From Chiloscyllium plagiosum (taxonomy: Eukaryota): a stretch of 64,000 nucleotides of DNA. The first letter of the stretch is position 1, and every line of letters begins with the position of its first letter. The notes under the pieces were generated by a model, which had not been told where the DNA came from, searched no databases, and worked only from the letters and a program-made list of their open reading frames with translations. Shown here in pieces: positions 1 through 13,036 of this stretch. A program made the position numbers and the translations under genes. Where the stretch lies: assembly GCF_004010195.1 (NCBI RefSeq), contig NC_057753.1, positions 2,519,285 to 2,583,284 of the forward strand, in the 5' to 3' direction.

Positions 1-689
1 AAATGCGACACTGCAGTGGGAGGAACATAACTCGACGTTGTGATTCGCTGTGTCTGACGATGGCAAACCATTGCTTGACTAGAAAGTGATGCAGCTTTTC
101 CAATTTTGGCACTAGCTGCCAGATGTTAGGTCTGACAACTATGTAAAAGAAAGCAAGTAATTGCGGCCATTCTGAAGTTTCCTTGTCTTTCAGAAGAACG
201 TTTTTAAGTCGCATTTCATCAAAACATAAACCTCAGTCAGTTCGTAAACTTATTTCCTTTCAGTATACATATAATAAGTCTGAGACTCTAAACCATTAAT
301 TAACTCATTCGAAACTTACAGTAGGTATAAATTTTAACAGTTCTCAGCAGACTGCCAAATGTTTGCAAACCATCTAATAGAAATGCACAAAGAGCTCACA
401 TTGATGCTATTTGCTATTTAGTATCTGGTGATAGCAGTTGTCAGAGTTTCAGATAAATTATTGCAGTAAGTTAATCACTGAGCGAAGGATGTGTTAGGTA
501 CATTGAATCTCCAATTTAACTTGTACCCACCTCTAGTTTTTTCTATCTTTCACTGACTGAAGTCTTCAAAGAATCACAGCATGCGGTCAGAGCTTCTGCA
601 GATTTAGTTTGGGAAACTTTGTCGAAGTGCATGACTTGGAACAAAGAGAGTCTATTTCCTTGCTCTAAGATTCTGTGAACAGATGAAAC

Positions 690-890
690 CACCCTCTGCA
701 TGATAAACCTGCCCTTCAGGTCCCTTTGAAATCTTTGCCCTCTCACAATACAAGTATGCCCTTCAGCTTTGCACTCCTCTACCAGAGGGAAGAACACCTT
801 TACTATTCACCTTATCCATGCCCCTCATGATTTCATAAACTTCAGCAAGGTCACCTCTCAACTTCCAGTGCTCCAATGACATATGTCCAC
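690..890 (-). mobile_element. CR1 LINE 3' fragment
   Basis: accaccctctg...ctattcaccttatccatgcccctcatgatttcataaac...aggtcacctctca, shared with other CR1 copies in the window. Confidence 0.7.
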
Positions 891-3294
891 TCTCGGTTAT
901 GAAAATATTGCTATCACATTACATATTTGACTTATGCTTTCAGGTGCATAAATAAACGAAATCATGCGTTACGTTCAAGCTTCAAGGAAGATACATAGGC
1001 ATATTGATAACGCAATACCTTTTTCTCAATTATTCTATAAACTAATCACTTATTTCAAATCTAGGCAGTATCATATTACAATAAGTATTTGGAAGGAAAA
1101 CTAAGTTATTTATCAATACATTCGGAAATCTTTGCATCAGTAGTTTGTGATATCCCGACGTGTTTTTCTCCATGTCAAGGTTTCAGGTAGCCCTCTTCTA
1201 AAGAAAAAGTTTCTAAGTTCGATCAATGAAAAATTTCAGTGATTGTATTTTAGCACTCTTATCCGGGTAGTCATACATGCATTCTTATGAGTGTTCATGG
1301 TAACGACGATCACTGTAGACTGATATCAAATAATCAAACAAATGGTATTATGCAAAATGATGTCATTTTCACCATTTTGCTGGCACTGATGCACCGAATA
1401 GGGTTTATGACATAATGCCACGTTCCTACTGTCTCCCTGTAAACTCGCCATTGGTGTACTTACATAATCATCCAATACCAACTCATTTTCTTGAGTGATC
1501 TCGCCTCGTCCACCATTCTAGAATGTGCATTTTAAAACTTGACCATTAGCTGCGTTAAAAAAAACATTATTTCTTGGACAACATATACTTAATTTGCAAG
1601 TTCCCTTTAATCTTTTTCCTCCCATTGCCTGTCTTTTCAAAGTGGGTAGAGTGTATTGCCAATTTTTCTTCCTAAACCTCACATGATATTGCAGTCACCT
1701 ATTAGACCTCTTTTCAACATTATCCTGTCCAAGAGAAATTGTCCCAATTTCTCCAATCTCACTTTTTAGTGAATCTCTTCTTGCCTGGAAACATTTTCAA
1801 AAATATCGGCAGAATTCTCACCAATTCTTTGTTCCCCTCCCTCGAATGTCCGCAAATGTGCAAAATAATTCGGCTGAGGGTAAACTAATGTCCTGATAAA
1901 GTGCAGCAATATCTCTATTCTCGTGTATTCTGTGACCAAATGAATAATGTCTAAGCTACTGAATGCTCTAATAAAATATGAATATCGATCTATTTCTCAC
2001 TCTATTGTATCCATGTAGGACATGTGTAAAAATATCTTCCATAAGGCAGTTGTGTGGTTCTGCTGACTTGCTAGTTGCTGTTCTCGCTTCTCAATTATTC
2101 ATTGCAATTACACAGAAAAGAACAATGGAATGAAATGAGGGATGTATCATCTTCTTCCTTTTCATTATTGCAATTGAATTTTCATTCCACAGTGAACAAG
2201 GTGGAAGTGAAGTGGAAACAGTAAGTCTGGGGTGAATCGGTGTCAATGATAATGAGTGTCCAACTGACAACTTGGCTTCGCCTGGCTGCTTTTTTGATTT
2301 GAATGGTTGTTGAATCAATTGTCTGGTGTACGCCAGTGATCATTTCTCTCGTTTTTGCAATAAAGTAGTGCAGCAATTGAATATTCCACGAATTTGTTAA
2401 CATTTACTTCTTAAACAGACCCAGAATACTCACTTTTTTTTTGCAATTATAGAAATTTGTCGTCTTCAAATGGACAATTACGGCATCACCCATCTTCAAT
2501 GCGTCACACACGCCACGAAGACCACGGCCAAAATCGTAACGACTTGTCTCAAAGGGACCTTTGAAATGTGTGTTATGAAAATTTCCATTCCAAAAAGACG
2601 AAAGGTGAATAACTGAAATTGCAATTCCATAATTTCCTCAATGTTTTCCGAATATTAGACTTGCCCTCAATTTTGTTATATGACGTGAACATCCTTTGCC
2701 TTTATCCTTCTTCGAAGTGTTTTAAAATATGTACGCCTTTGACGTTTTCAATTTTGATTGTTAGTTGAAAATACTTGAATTGGACAAGCTTGCCATAAAA
2801 GTTGCCAAATCGTACTAGAATTGCCATCATCAATGCAGTTATTCTGAAATGATTATATCAGCACTGAATGTAACTCCCACTGAACGGGATATGCTCTACA
2901 AAACGATGAAGACTAGAAAACATCTGTAGTGAGAGAATGACAGTTAACTCTTCAATGGCTTTTCCTGGAATAGAAATAGTCTTCAGTCTCACTCTTCCGA
3001 AATAATAGTGGGTATTCTATTAAGGTGGATCTAGCTGTGGAGGCTTTAAGATGTACTTTTAAGCCTTGAGGGATGGGATTCTTTGCGTGGACAGCAGCTG
3101 AGAAATCTCACATGGCTATGGTGGGGGATTTGTTCCGTGGTGTGGCAGTGAGAGAATGACTCATTGACTTCACGTCTGATGGAGACAGAACGTGTCTTCA
3201 AATTGCCCACTTTGAAGATCTCTGCCTCCCTTAAACTAAAGCTGGGGACATTTAGTGGAGACATGGGAACAGTTCAATCTTAACCACTGCAGAC

Positions 3295-3735
3295 ATATAG
3301 AATCGTAGAGTCTTGAAACATTGAAACAGACCCTTTAGTCCAATTTATCTGCGCCGACCAGACATCTCAATCTGACCCCCTCTCACTTGCCAGCATTTGG
3401 CTCATAAAGCTCTAAACTCTTCCTGTTTATTCACTCATCCAGATGCCATTCAAATGCTCTAATTATGCCATCCTCCACTATTTCCCTGGCAGGTAGTTGC
3501 ATAAGCGTACCATCTGTGTACAAAAAAGTTACCCTTCAGGGTTTTAAGAAAATCTTTCCCCTTCCATCTTAAACCTATGCCCTCTAAATTTGGACACCTC
3601 CGGCCTCGGAAAACGAGCTTAGCTATTCAACCAATCTTGCCTATCATGATTTTGTAAATCTCTATAAGCTTACCCCTCAGCCCCCGATTCTCCAGAGGAA
3701 AAGACCCCAGCCGATTCAAACTCTCCCTGTATTCC
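3295..3735 (-). mobile_element. CR1/HER1 LINE 3' end
   Basis: Tail tagaatcgtagag, then gaaacagaccc...tccagatgcc...catgattttgtaaatctctataag..cccctcagcc. Confidence 0.78.
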
Positions 3736-4860
3736 ATGCCCCCTGGTATCAGCTCCATCCTTCAGACAGGGAAGTCACCACTCGAACCTTCCATTGTCTT
3801 GTTTACTCTCAACTATTCTGACAGTCTGGAAAAAGAGATGAGGCTAAACGTTCTGCTGTGCAGGAAGGATAATCGTTTAGTGTCTCACATCAGACCCAAT
3901 ATTACCTCATCTGAAACAAGCGAACAGTGTTTTGACGGCTTATGGTCCATGGGATAGTTCTCCTCCATTTCGGTATTCAGAGGCTTGTAAGTTTCACAAC
4001 ATAGGAAATTGGGATTTCTAATTACTATTTCATTCCAATTTCTGTGCTGATAACTGGCAATATTTTTAGAAACTCTCATCACATTTATAAGTTTTGTAAG
4101 ATGTCCAAGCATGTACATTTGTGGGAAAATTCTAAGAGATCCAGATTATTATGTTTAGAGAAAAAACAACGAGACATTTCATGGCACTGTTTATAAGGAT
4201 TGAGGGGTTGGTGGGAGGGTGTTGTTGCATTGAGAGGGAAAGGGTTTTGTGAGGGTGAAATGGAAGGTTAACAGAGCAAACTGCCTCCGTCGAATGGGTC
4301 AGGAATCGGAGAAGTGAAATTGAAGATAATTTAAGGGAAATTAATCTGGAATCTTAATTTGTATTCATTTGTTTACAACCGTTGTATCATTTGTCACAAA
4401 TAACCTCAAACTGGATCAGGGTGCAAAAGGGGCGGGGTGGGGAGGCAAGATGAATAAGGTATTTTTTAGAATACTTGAAAATCTATTTGAGTCTCGACAC
4501 ATGGTTTCACTTCTTAGTCTTCCTGATAGAAAGAAAATCCCACTAAATTAGGGGATGATGCATCTCTTAATGACTATGTACATGGGTAAAACTTATCAAA
4601 ATCTCCAGGGTTTCATATCCGTGCTAAACGTCAAGGGAATATCTCCCTGAACATATTACGTTTCATACGGCTAAAACAACTGAACACAAGGGGAGAAGGT
4701 GGATTTTTTTTTTTCTGTGAAGATTTGTATGAAGATGGAATGCTTGCAGCGGTTGTGGTGAACAGGAACAATTCCAGAATGATTCAGCACAGACAACGTT
4801 ACATCAGCCTGACTGCAAGTTTAAAAGAGCAGTTTGAATGATTGGTCAGGAATGGTACTT

Positions 4861-5041
4861 TGAGAGAAAGTGAGGGCTGCAGATGCTGGAGATCTGAGCT
4901 GAAAATGTGTTGCTGGAAAAGCGCAGCAGGTCAGGCAGCATCCAAGGAACAGGAGAATCGACGTTTCGGGCATAACCCTTCTTCAGGAAACGTCGATTCT
5001 CCTGTTCCTTGGATGCTGCCTGACCTGCTGCGATTTTCCAG
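4861..5041. mobile_element. Short palindromic Penelope-like (PLE)-derived element, family A
   Basis: Internal inverted repeat with an exact 14-bp TSD caggaatggtactt (4847-4860 / 5042-5055). The minus strand carries CTGAAGA-A-GGGTTATGCCC-GAAACGTC. Confidence 0.75.
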
Positions 5042-8000
5042 CAGGAATGGTACTTGTCCTACTCTATAAACTGGGCAATAGAATCTGTCCATACTTTCAA
5101 TTGTAATTCTTACAGTTTCAAATCAGAAATAGCGATAAACCTAGTCAGTAGCATTTCAAACCGCACAGTGCAACGCAAGCAGATTTCTAATGCTTTGCTT
5201 CAACAATTGGAACCTGACAACAGACTTTGAATTTGCACCAACACGGTTGGTCTAACAAGTCTAACTTGTTACAGCAGATACAAAGTATAACCCACTGCTC
5301 CTTCTAGCGTCAGCTACCTCGTCTTTTCCTCAGTCACCCTGCACTGTATGCATTCCCCTTTTTATGACTGTTGAAAGTAAACAATACGCGGTCGATTCTC
5401 CATCACTCGAGAAGTGCATTCAATTGCATGGCCTGACGTGGCAGCATGGGAACCCACGCCTTCAATAAGATACAAGCCTAAAACTAATGCCCTAGACTGC
5501 GCAGCCATGCTAAGCGAGTAACTGTTGTACTGTCAACTTTCCTTCCAAAGGTATAATCGAGGATTATTTTAGGTTGCCCATCCCTCTCTTCCGCTTTGCC
5601 TCCCGCCTAAGAAACACCTCCATTTTAAAAATGTCCATCGTCCAAATCATGTCATGGGCTTGCCATCCTCTATGTCTGTGTTCCATTCCAATTACACAAC
5701 TATCTGAGATAACACTGCTGTACTCAATCAATCATTGTGATGTTACTAACACCAGTCTTTGTGTCCCTTTATTCAGCAAAAAATCCCCTGATCTCTGGGA
5801 TCCAATCTTTAATTGTTATCGGCTGTCCATTTACCTGTCTACATTGTGATCCACTATCTCTGTATCCAATCAGGTGCAGAAGCATGTTGTCATCCGCCAC
5901 ATGCATTTAAATTTCAGTCAAGGCTCAGATGAGACTAACCTGCCCTATGAGTAACATATTCTGCGATGAACTCCTACTCCCAGATGTCAATATAGAAACT
6001 ATGGTTAAAATACCAGTGCATAAGCCGTAGTCTGGGAATTGTCTGAAATGCTCTGTACTGGGTAAGGCAACAAAAGAAATAACCATCCGACATCGCAGCA
6101 CGAGGTATAATTGTCCATGACAAGGTTTCAAAGAACAGAAGAGAACTGAACTTTGACTTCGTCAATTGTAACTTTCAATCAGTATCACAAGGCTTGCGTG
6201 TCTTTTTCATGATCATGTTACAGGTTGTGACTGCTTAGTACGTAAATACACTGGACCGCATTTCTGATATCACAACAATGACTAGAGTAAAAATAAATCA
6301 CGTTCAAATGTAAATGACATTTTAGGATGTCTGATGTTTTTAAAAGTCTCTATGTAGGTGGTTTCCACTTTCCAAAGTCGCCACAATGCTCTGGTTCTTC
6401 TTTCACATTCAAATCGATTTTCAGTTTGGTTTAGTATTTATCGAATTTAACATTTACTATTTTCCATTTAAAGAGTATTTCCCTCATTGCATTTTGATCT
6501 TTCTTAATTTATCTTATTCAAGTCTTTGATGAGAAAAAAACTTAATTGGCATTATTGAGAACAAAAATAAATGATGTGGTGAACATTTACTACCACCAAT
6601 ATTTGCAGAGGCTGTAACGTCTTTAAACAATCTTCTTTATCTCAGTCACTTACTTTCCTGACATGAATCAGTTGGAAGGAGGAAACCGCCATTAGAATCG
6701 GAAATGCACCTGTCTCGTTCTCACATACCCTGGACCGCAACTGTCACTGCCAAGTTACAGCAGCAATGAGAAGTTTCTCCGAATGTAACATCAACGTTTT
6801 AAAATAGACACTCAAGTTATGTTTCTTTCTCTCTCTCTCAAGTAAAACCGATATGCAACGTAATGAACACTTCCTTCATTATCTCAACAATGTTGCAGGT
6901 TAAGTCCCAGAGTGGAAGAATAAAAACAGACTGAAATACTATTCTCACGAGCAGGTGCTAACTGACAATTTAACAGAAGTATTCGGATAAGTAAAACTGT
7001 GTAATGCATGACCATTGTTTATTTCCTGCAAAATCCATACAGAGCAGCAAGTGCTTTGACACCTGTCATGGATCTAACACAAGGAAAGCATGACATAATC
7101 GGTGTGAATGCTTTCTGCAAGATATCCATTTCCATTTCATTTATGTATTAAATTACGAAACGAAGTTATGGAATTTAATTGTTATTTAAATAAAAATAAG
7201 AAGGAATATTTTTGACAATATTTCATGATCATAGTAACGTTATAGTTACGCCGACTACTGCGGGGACAAAAATAAAAGCATAAGAAGTCGGTGCAGGAGG
7301 AGGCAATTCAGCCCTTCCAACCTGTTTTGCCCGTTGATACAAGCATGGCTGATCTTATCTCAGCCTCCACTTTCCAACCGCACTCCTTAGCACATGAACC
7401 ATGACAAATTTAAAAAACCATCTATCTCCTCCTTGACTTAACTAAATGTGTTGCCATCCATTGCATTTTGCAGTAGTGAAAATTCACAATCCTATGAAAG
7501 AAGCAATTTCTCCTCAGCTCCATTTTAAATCTTCTACCCTTGTTATAAAATTGTTATGAAAATTTAACTATCAATTGTTCCAAATGAAATCGTTATCTAC
7601 TCTTGATCTTTAAAGGTGGGTCTTTGTGAGAGTGGAACATTTATGTTGCTACTGGATCGAGGTTACTGTCTTTATTCCCCAAATAAGTGAGCACTACGGC
7701 ACAGGAGTGTGATATTAAAAGGATACCGCCCCTCTAGATAAATAGTTTCCATGAATTTCTACTTCTCACTTGTTTAATAGTACTTACGATGAAATTCTTC
7801 AGCATTAGCGCCGTGCTTGCATTACCTGATAAAGGTCATTTTCTGGCTATCGATGGTGAGTCAATTGAGAAAATCACCAGATATCTGAAAAGTGGTTTTC
7901 TTTTGTGAATTTGATTTTTATTTACTGTTGGTCGTCGTCAGAAAACCTCTGTGCATCAATGATTAACAAAATCGATCAGGACAGAAAGAAGCAATATAAC

Positions 8001-9059
8001 TTTCAACTGCACATATACCACAATTTTCCTTCTACTAATTGTGGACGAAGTAATATCCGAGTATCGAACCAGCAGCATCGAATTAAAGATCGCTCTGATT
8101 AGAGTGATTTATCCCTTAATGCTGTATACTCCGAATGCTGTCTTCATTTTAATAATCCTGAAGTTGTGGCTGAGGCAGTTCGTTTTAACTGCTTGCTGAC
8201 TCTCATCGCTAGGAAGTACTTGGACCCTCGCCAACTGACTCCTTTGGTCATTGTTGCTTGGCGGTAAATCTTAAATACGGAGCTGCAGTCTGTCTGTGGG
8301 CGGAACAGCACTTGATATTCGGTGTGATGTGAGTGGCACAGGGTCAATTCAATACAAAATTGGAAAAGATACGGCTTTCTAACTCAGTCCAAATCCTTAG
8401 CATGTCAGCAAGCTGCTGAAGTGATTGAGTCGATTTTCTTTTGGTGACCGGTGTAAAGGTGAAATTATATTTCTCATGTTCCATTCTTAACAAACAACAA
8501 AAGGACTTAACTCACGGGAACGTTTTATTTGATAGAATTTCGTTCAAATTAATTTTACTCTTTGTCTATTAAGGGAGTTTCAGGAAGTAATCTCCATTTA
8601 GATTAAATACATTATCAAGGTATTAAGAAAGTTCAGCTAAATCAAATTCAGAACATGGATTTGTCAACAGTGAGATAGAAACTGCCTCAATGCATATATG
8701 CTTGCCCTCAGGTTAACATGGTATAACTTGAGAGCACGGGCCCATCTAGGACAGCAATGAAAGCTTCGTGAAAGTGTCTGCTTGGCTCTGTATGTGACGG
8801 CAGTTGAATGTGGTAATTGACTAAATAAACAAATGCAGAGTGGCTATTCAGCCAGCCACTTCACAACTCCCGCACTAATTCCATGTTTCTCACCTGAACA
8901 GGAGAATGCCTCAGAACTTCCACTATATATGCGCATTATCACACTCAGTGCAAACTTCAAGGGAGTTTATTTAAGCAGTACTTGTGCAACTTTAATTAAA
9001 AAAAAACTGAAAGTAAAATCTGGAAAGCAGAACTGTTTACACAGCTGCAATGTTTTATA

Positions 9060-9273
9060 GGAGAAAGTGAGGGCTGCAGATGCTGGAGATCAGGGCTGAA
9101 AATGTGTTGCTGGAAAAGCGCAGCAGGTCAGGCAGCATCCAAGGAACAGGAGAATCGACGTTTCGGGCATAAGCTCTTCTTCAGGAAAAAGGGCTTGTGC
9201 CCGAAACGTCGATTTTCCTGTTCCTTGGATGTTGCCTGACCTGCTGCGCTTTTCCAGCAATACATTTTCAGCT
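9060..9273. mobile_element. Short palindromic PLE-derived element, family A
   Basis: 84-bp inverted arms (9095-9178 / 9189-9272, 5 mismatches) and an exact 15-bp TSD ctgcaatgttttata (9045-9059 / 9274-9288). Confidence 0.8.
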
Positions 9274-10232
9274 CTGCAATGTTTTATACCCCGACCGATA
9301 GAATTGAATTGCAAGTGCAAATTTCATCCGTATTGAACGAAGTATTTCTGATGTCAATGCCGTTAACTTGCCAAAAGTAATTTAGGAAATCCTTGAAGAG
9401 TAAGTGTTGAATCTCTTCAATGAATTGGAAATTCGAAATCAGTCATGTCTCACAAACGATGAGCATGAATGCAGAAGATCTTAAATCCGAACTGAATTGT
9501 TTTAAAACCATGTGCATTGTGTAGCAAACGTAGATTGCTTCCCATCATATCTGCATCAGAAATTTTACAAATGAGCTTCTTCAATGCAATTTTTAAAAAA
9601 TGGGAATAAATGACTTTGAACCCGATTCATTTGCGAAATATCTTCTAAACATAGCACTCAACAGATCTATCGAATGATATAATCAATCCATTATGTCAAT
9701 CAGATACGTAAGGAAAGTCATCACAAGAGGCATAACCATTTAATTCATCTCTAGGTGATGGCAAGAAGCAAAGACTTGTAACATGATTGTTTTATATCCA
9801 ATCATTAAATCACCAGAACTAAGAAACAGGAGGAAGATTAGTTCAAATAGTCATCAGGTGTACTCCATCATTCCGTAGAATCACGGTTGAAATTCATTTT
9901 GATTTAATTTTAACAATGCAACACCACGGTCTTTTTATTCCAGAGTACTCAAGTAACTCTATTTCAGTTTCAAGTCCACCAGTGGCCCACTTTGTGTAAA
10001 GTATTCTGCATTATTATTCTCCATTTTCGTCTCGGCTGCAAACAGGCAATCGTTGATGTTCTCTACACTAAAACTAGCAAATCAAAATCAGAGTACGCTA
10101 TCACGAAATCTGTAAGGCACAGCATATTCCTCCTCAGTCCTGTACACGGTTCGTCTATTAGGAACACAATTACTCCACATGTTTTTTTTAAAAATAGCAT
10201 TCTTAACCTAGCACGCCACATTCTAATATTTA

Positions 10233-10327
10233 CCCTGATAAAGAGTTTAGGCTCGAAACATCAACTCTTCTGCACCTGAGAAGCTGCATGACCAGCTGCA
10301 CATTTCCAACACCACACGTTTTGACTC
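10233..10327 (+). mobile_element. Degenerate PLE-derived element, family A
   Basis: ctgataaagagtttaggctcgaaacatc...agctgcatgaccagctg...ttccaac is a decayed version of the family A arm. Confidence 0.55.
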
Positions 10328-12037
10328 ATTGTTTTAGCTGTCGGTCTTCACATAGACATTGACCAATCAACGATAACCTCTGGGCTGAATATGAAAACGC
10401 TGGGTTAGCTTTGCAATATGTTTCTCCTTTTCCAAATGCTGATAGTGATGCACGTGGCCCGATTCTATGACTCTAATTGGACTTTTTCTTTTGTTTCCGG
10501 TAAAATAAACAAGGAAATGAGGGAAACAGCTCTCCCCTTTGTTTCTAATAAATGATTCAGTTACTGTGTGGTGATACTTCAATCGTGCTTGTACAAGATG
10601 TCAATGCGAAGGATGCAACTGCATTTCAGATGGATATTAGTATTTACTATTTTCGTCAGATTTATGACATGTAAGTCATTAAATTAATGGATCATTTAAA
10701 TAGATTAACAGTTAATTGGTAATCATTGGTACTTCAAATTTATACTTTTTTGAGTCCTTCTTATAGAATAATCACCTTTGTAATGAGACATTGTCATGAG
10801 GAAGGAGAGTTGTGTATCCAATTCGGCATTGTTCTTAAACTTAAAGAGAACAGTAAGTATAAAGATGTACATAAGAAATCCGTAAATCAAGTTAGTAAAT
10901 TAAAAAAAAACAGTTTAAGGGGCAATCTGCATAAAAGTGAAGGCAATCATTCTTAAACTGTAACCAGAGAAATGAATAATCGTAAAGTACTTGAGAGCTG
11001 AAATTCACAATACGAAGAGAGTATAGTGGTTCAAAACGCAATCAGAATGATAAATTAAAGCTGAGCCTATTTATAGAGTGATGGGGGAGGGGGTGGGGGT
11101 GTTGGCGGGGTGCGGATACTTCCAAAGATTTACATCTTAGATGGTTTAGACATGATAAATTGTCTACAGTGTCCAGAAAAGTGGAAGCTACTTCGATTAT
11201 CCATGGAAAGTGCGGGATCCGGGGGAAGGGCGGGTCTGGGTTGGATGTTCTGGAGAGCCAGTGCAGGTTGGATAAGCTGAATGCCTTCGTTATTTACTGT
11301 ACTGATTATGTGATCCTTAGAAGTAGTGAACCTCAATCTTTATCCGTGTGAAGCCCTTTGAGTAACATTTTAACTTTTTTGTTGAATTCTGGCCACGTTA
11401 TTACAGTAATCTTTTTTTTTGCACAACATAAATCAGCAACACAATAATGGGAATGGAATGTTAACTTACCGGTAAAAGGACATGCAAAGGGTGATGACAG
11501 TGCGGTCTCCTCACGACTAAAACGCTTTTCGTTAGGGAATAACAGGGATGTTATCTAGAGTGGTTTCGGGTGTACAGAACAAAAACAGGCAATTCATTTC
11601 ACAAGAGAAATGGGGAGCTGATTATGTTAAACAGGACGCTCCTCTGAAATCTCACATTATGCTACCATTTCTGTCCTCCTGCATATTTTGAACCACCTTT
11701 CCTGTTCTGATTTTGTTAACCCACAGTAATCAGAAGACATTCAAGTATAAACTCTCATTCTTCTCCTTAAAGGATAGACATACTCTATATTTCCAAACTC
11801 ATAGTCCAGGTTCAGTGAGTAAAAGCAGCATTATCAATATGGAAACTAGAACTGTTCACTCAAGAGCAATGTTTTATATCCTCACTTCGGTATAAGAGCT
11901 CTGCTTTTCTGTTAGTTTCCGTTATTAATACCTGCAGTCCTTTGGCTTCTTGTGACTTTGATGAGTGTCGCCACTTCCACATACCCATGCATTAAGGTTC
12001 CTTTGTGCTCTGCCCTCTTAAGATTTATTTTAGGAAC

Positions 12038-12084
12038 ATGTGATCTCTATACGCTTGCATACGAATTTGCATCTGTTCATACAG
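12038..12084 (+). other. Candidate leader exon of the V segment (apparently defective)
   Basis: Donor ACAG|gtaaat at 12084/12085 is phase 1 in the frame reading ...SVHT-G, which matches the V acceptor. The nearest ATG (12038) gives a 47-nt exon with TGA as codon 2, one base off the usual 46 nt. An in-frame ATG at 11961 would give a 41-residue N-terminus. Confidence 0.4.
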
Positions 12085-12210
12085 GTAAATATGAATTAAT
12101 TTTTTTAAAAAGTCAGAAATTAAGACTCTAATAATGACCATGAATGCATTATCAATTGTCAAAAAAACCTCATCTAATTCAATAATGTCCGTCAGGGAAG
12201 AAAACTACCA

Positions 12211-12310
12211 GATTCTGGATCAGTGGTGCTGGAAGAGCATAGCAGTTCAGGCAGCATCCGAGGAGCAGTAAAATCGACGTTTCGGGCAAAAGCCCTTCAT
12301 CAGGAATAAA
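12211..12310 (-). mobile_element. PLE-derived element, family A (single arm), within the putative leader-V intron
   Basis: 13-bp TSD aagaaa(a/c)ctacca (12198-12210 / 12311-12323); inserted into an older repeat. Confidence 0.7.
12274..12305 (-). ncRNA. Minimal type I hammerhead ribozyme motif
   Basis: The minus strand reads UC-CUGAUGA-A-GGGC-UUUU-GCCC-GAAAC-GUC-GA: intact core boxes, a 4-bp stem II, a very short stem III and a GUC cleavage triplet, as described for PLE-associated minimal hammerheads. Confidence 0.62.
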
Positions 12311-12723
12311 AAGAAACCTACCACCCTTACCTGGCCAGTAATATATGCTACTCCAGATTCATAGCAATGTGATTGAATCTTAAGCGTCCGCTGTATAAAT
12401 AAGGATGGGCATTAAATGCTATGTAGCCAGCCACGCCATCATCCTGTGAAAAAATGAATACATAACTGCCAACTTTTGATCTGCTTTTTGTCAGATTATT
12501 AAAGTCTGGAAAGTTTTGGCAAAGTTGTACCTTAGCTAAGTAAAATAGATCCTTGGGTATTGGAGAGTAGGCGTGAGCTGCAAATCAGTTGAGAATGGAT
12601 TAAATTTGGAGCACGTCTGAGGACATGAAAGTTAGAAAAACGCTCCTATATTTAGGGGATATAAATCAAAAATGAAACGAGTTTGTTTTGTGCATTACAT
12701 GTTGATCACATTGCATGTTACAG

Positions 12724-12997
12724 GTGAAGAGACAGTTTCACAGTCATTCCCATCTCAGACTCCGAGTGAATGGAAGACCGTATCGATACACTGTCACACA
12801 GCCATTTCATTCTATGCGATATACTGGTTCGTGCAAACTCCGAATCAGAGCCTGAAGATATTGGTAATGGTGACCGGAAGCGAGGCAGCAAGTAATGGTA
12901 GATTTCGAGCCATCAGTCGAAGCGAAGAGAAAAGCAGCTCTCTGATTATATCAAGCTTGCGTCTAACAGACACTGGAACCTACTTTTGTGCCTTGCA
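12724..12997 (+). CDS. TRAV/TRDV: T-cell receptor alpha/delta-type variable (V) gene segment exon, open reading frame
   Basis: Acceptor ttgcatgttacag ends at 12723 (phase 1). Translation (G)EETVSQS...VSIHC...IYWFVQTPNQSLKIL...GRF...KSSSLIISSLRLTDTGTYFCAL has the canonical V-set Cys, Trp and D-x-x-x-Y-x-C motif with no stops, and ends directly at an RSS. The alpha/delta assignment is by resemblance (YFCAL ending, FR3 pattern). Confidence 0.88.
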
Positions 12998-13036
12998 CAC
13001 AGTGTGGAAGGAAGTGATAGTTTCCGCACAAAAACC
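12998..13036 (+). promoter_or_regulatory. Recombination signal sequence, 23-bp spacer, perfect consensus
   Basis: CACAGTG (12998-13004) + 23 nt tggaaggaagtgatagtttccgc + ACAAAAACC (13028-13036), immediately 3' of the V exon. Confidence 0.97.

Noticed and set aside
2188-2226. CACAGTG + 23 nt + acagtaagt; also reads NKVEVK before a gtaagt donor
   Set aside because: The nonamer is only 5/9, there is no V exon upstream and no FGxG; probably chance.
5974-6165. Minus-strand ORF with SDGYFFC and HWYF words
   Set aside because: The motifs are in the wrong order for a V domain and there is no RSS.
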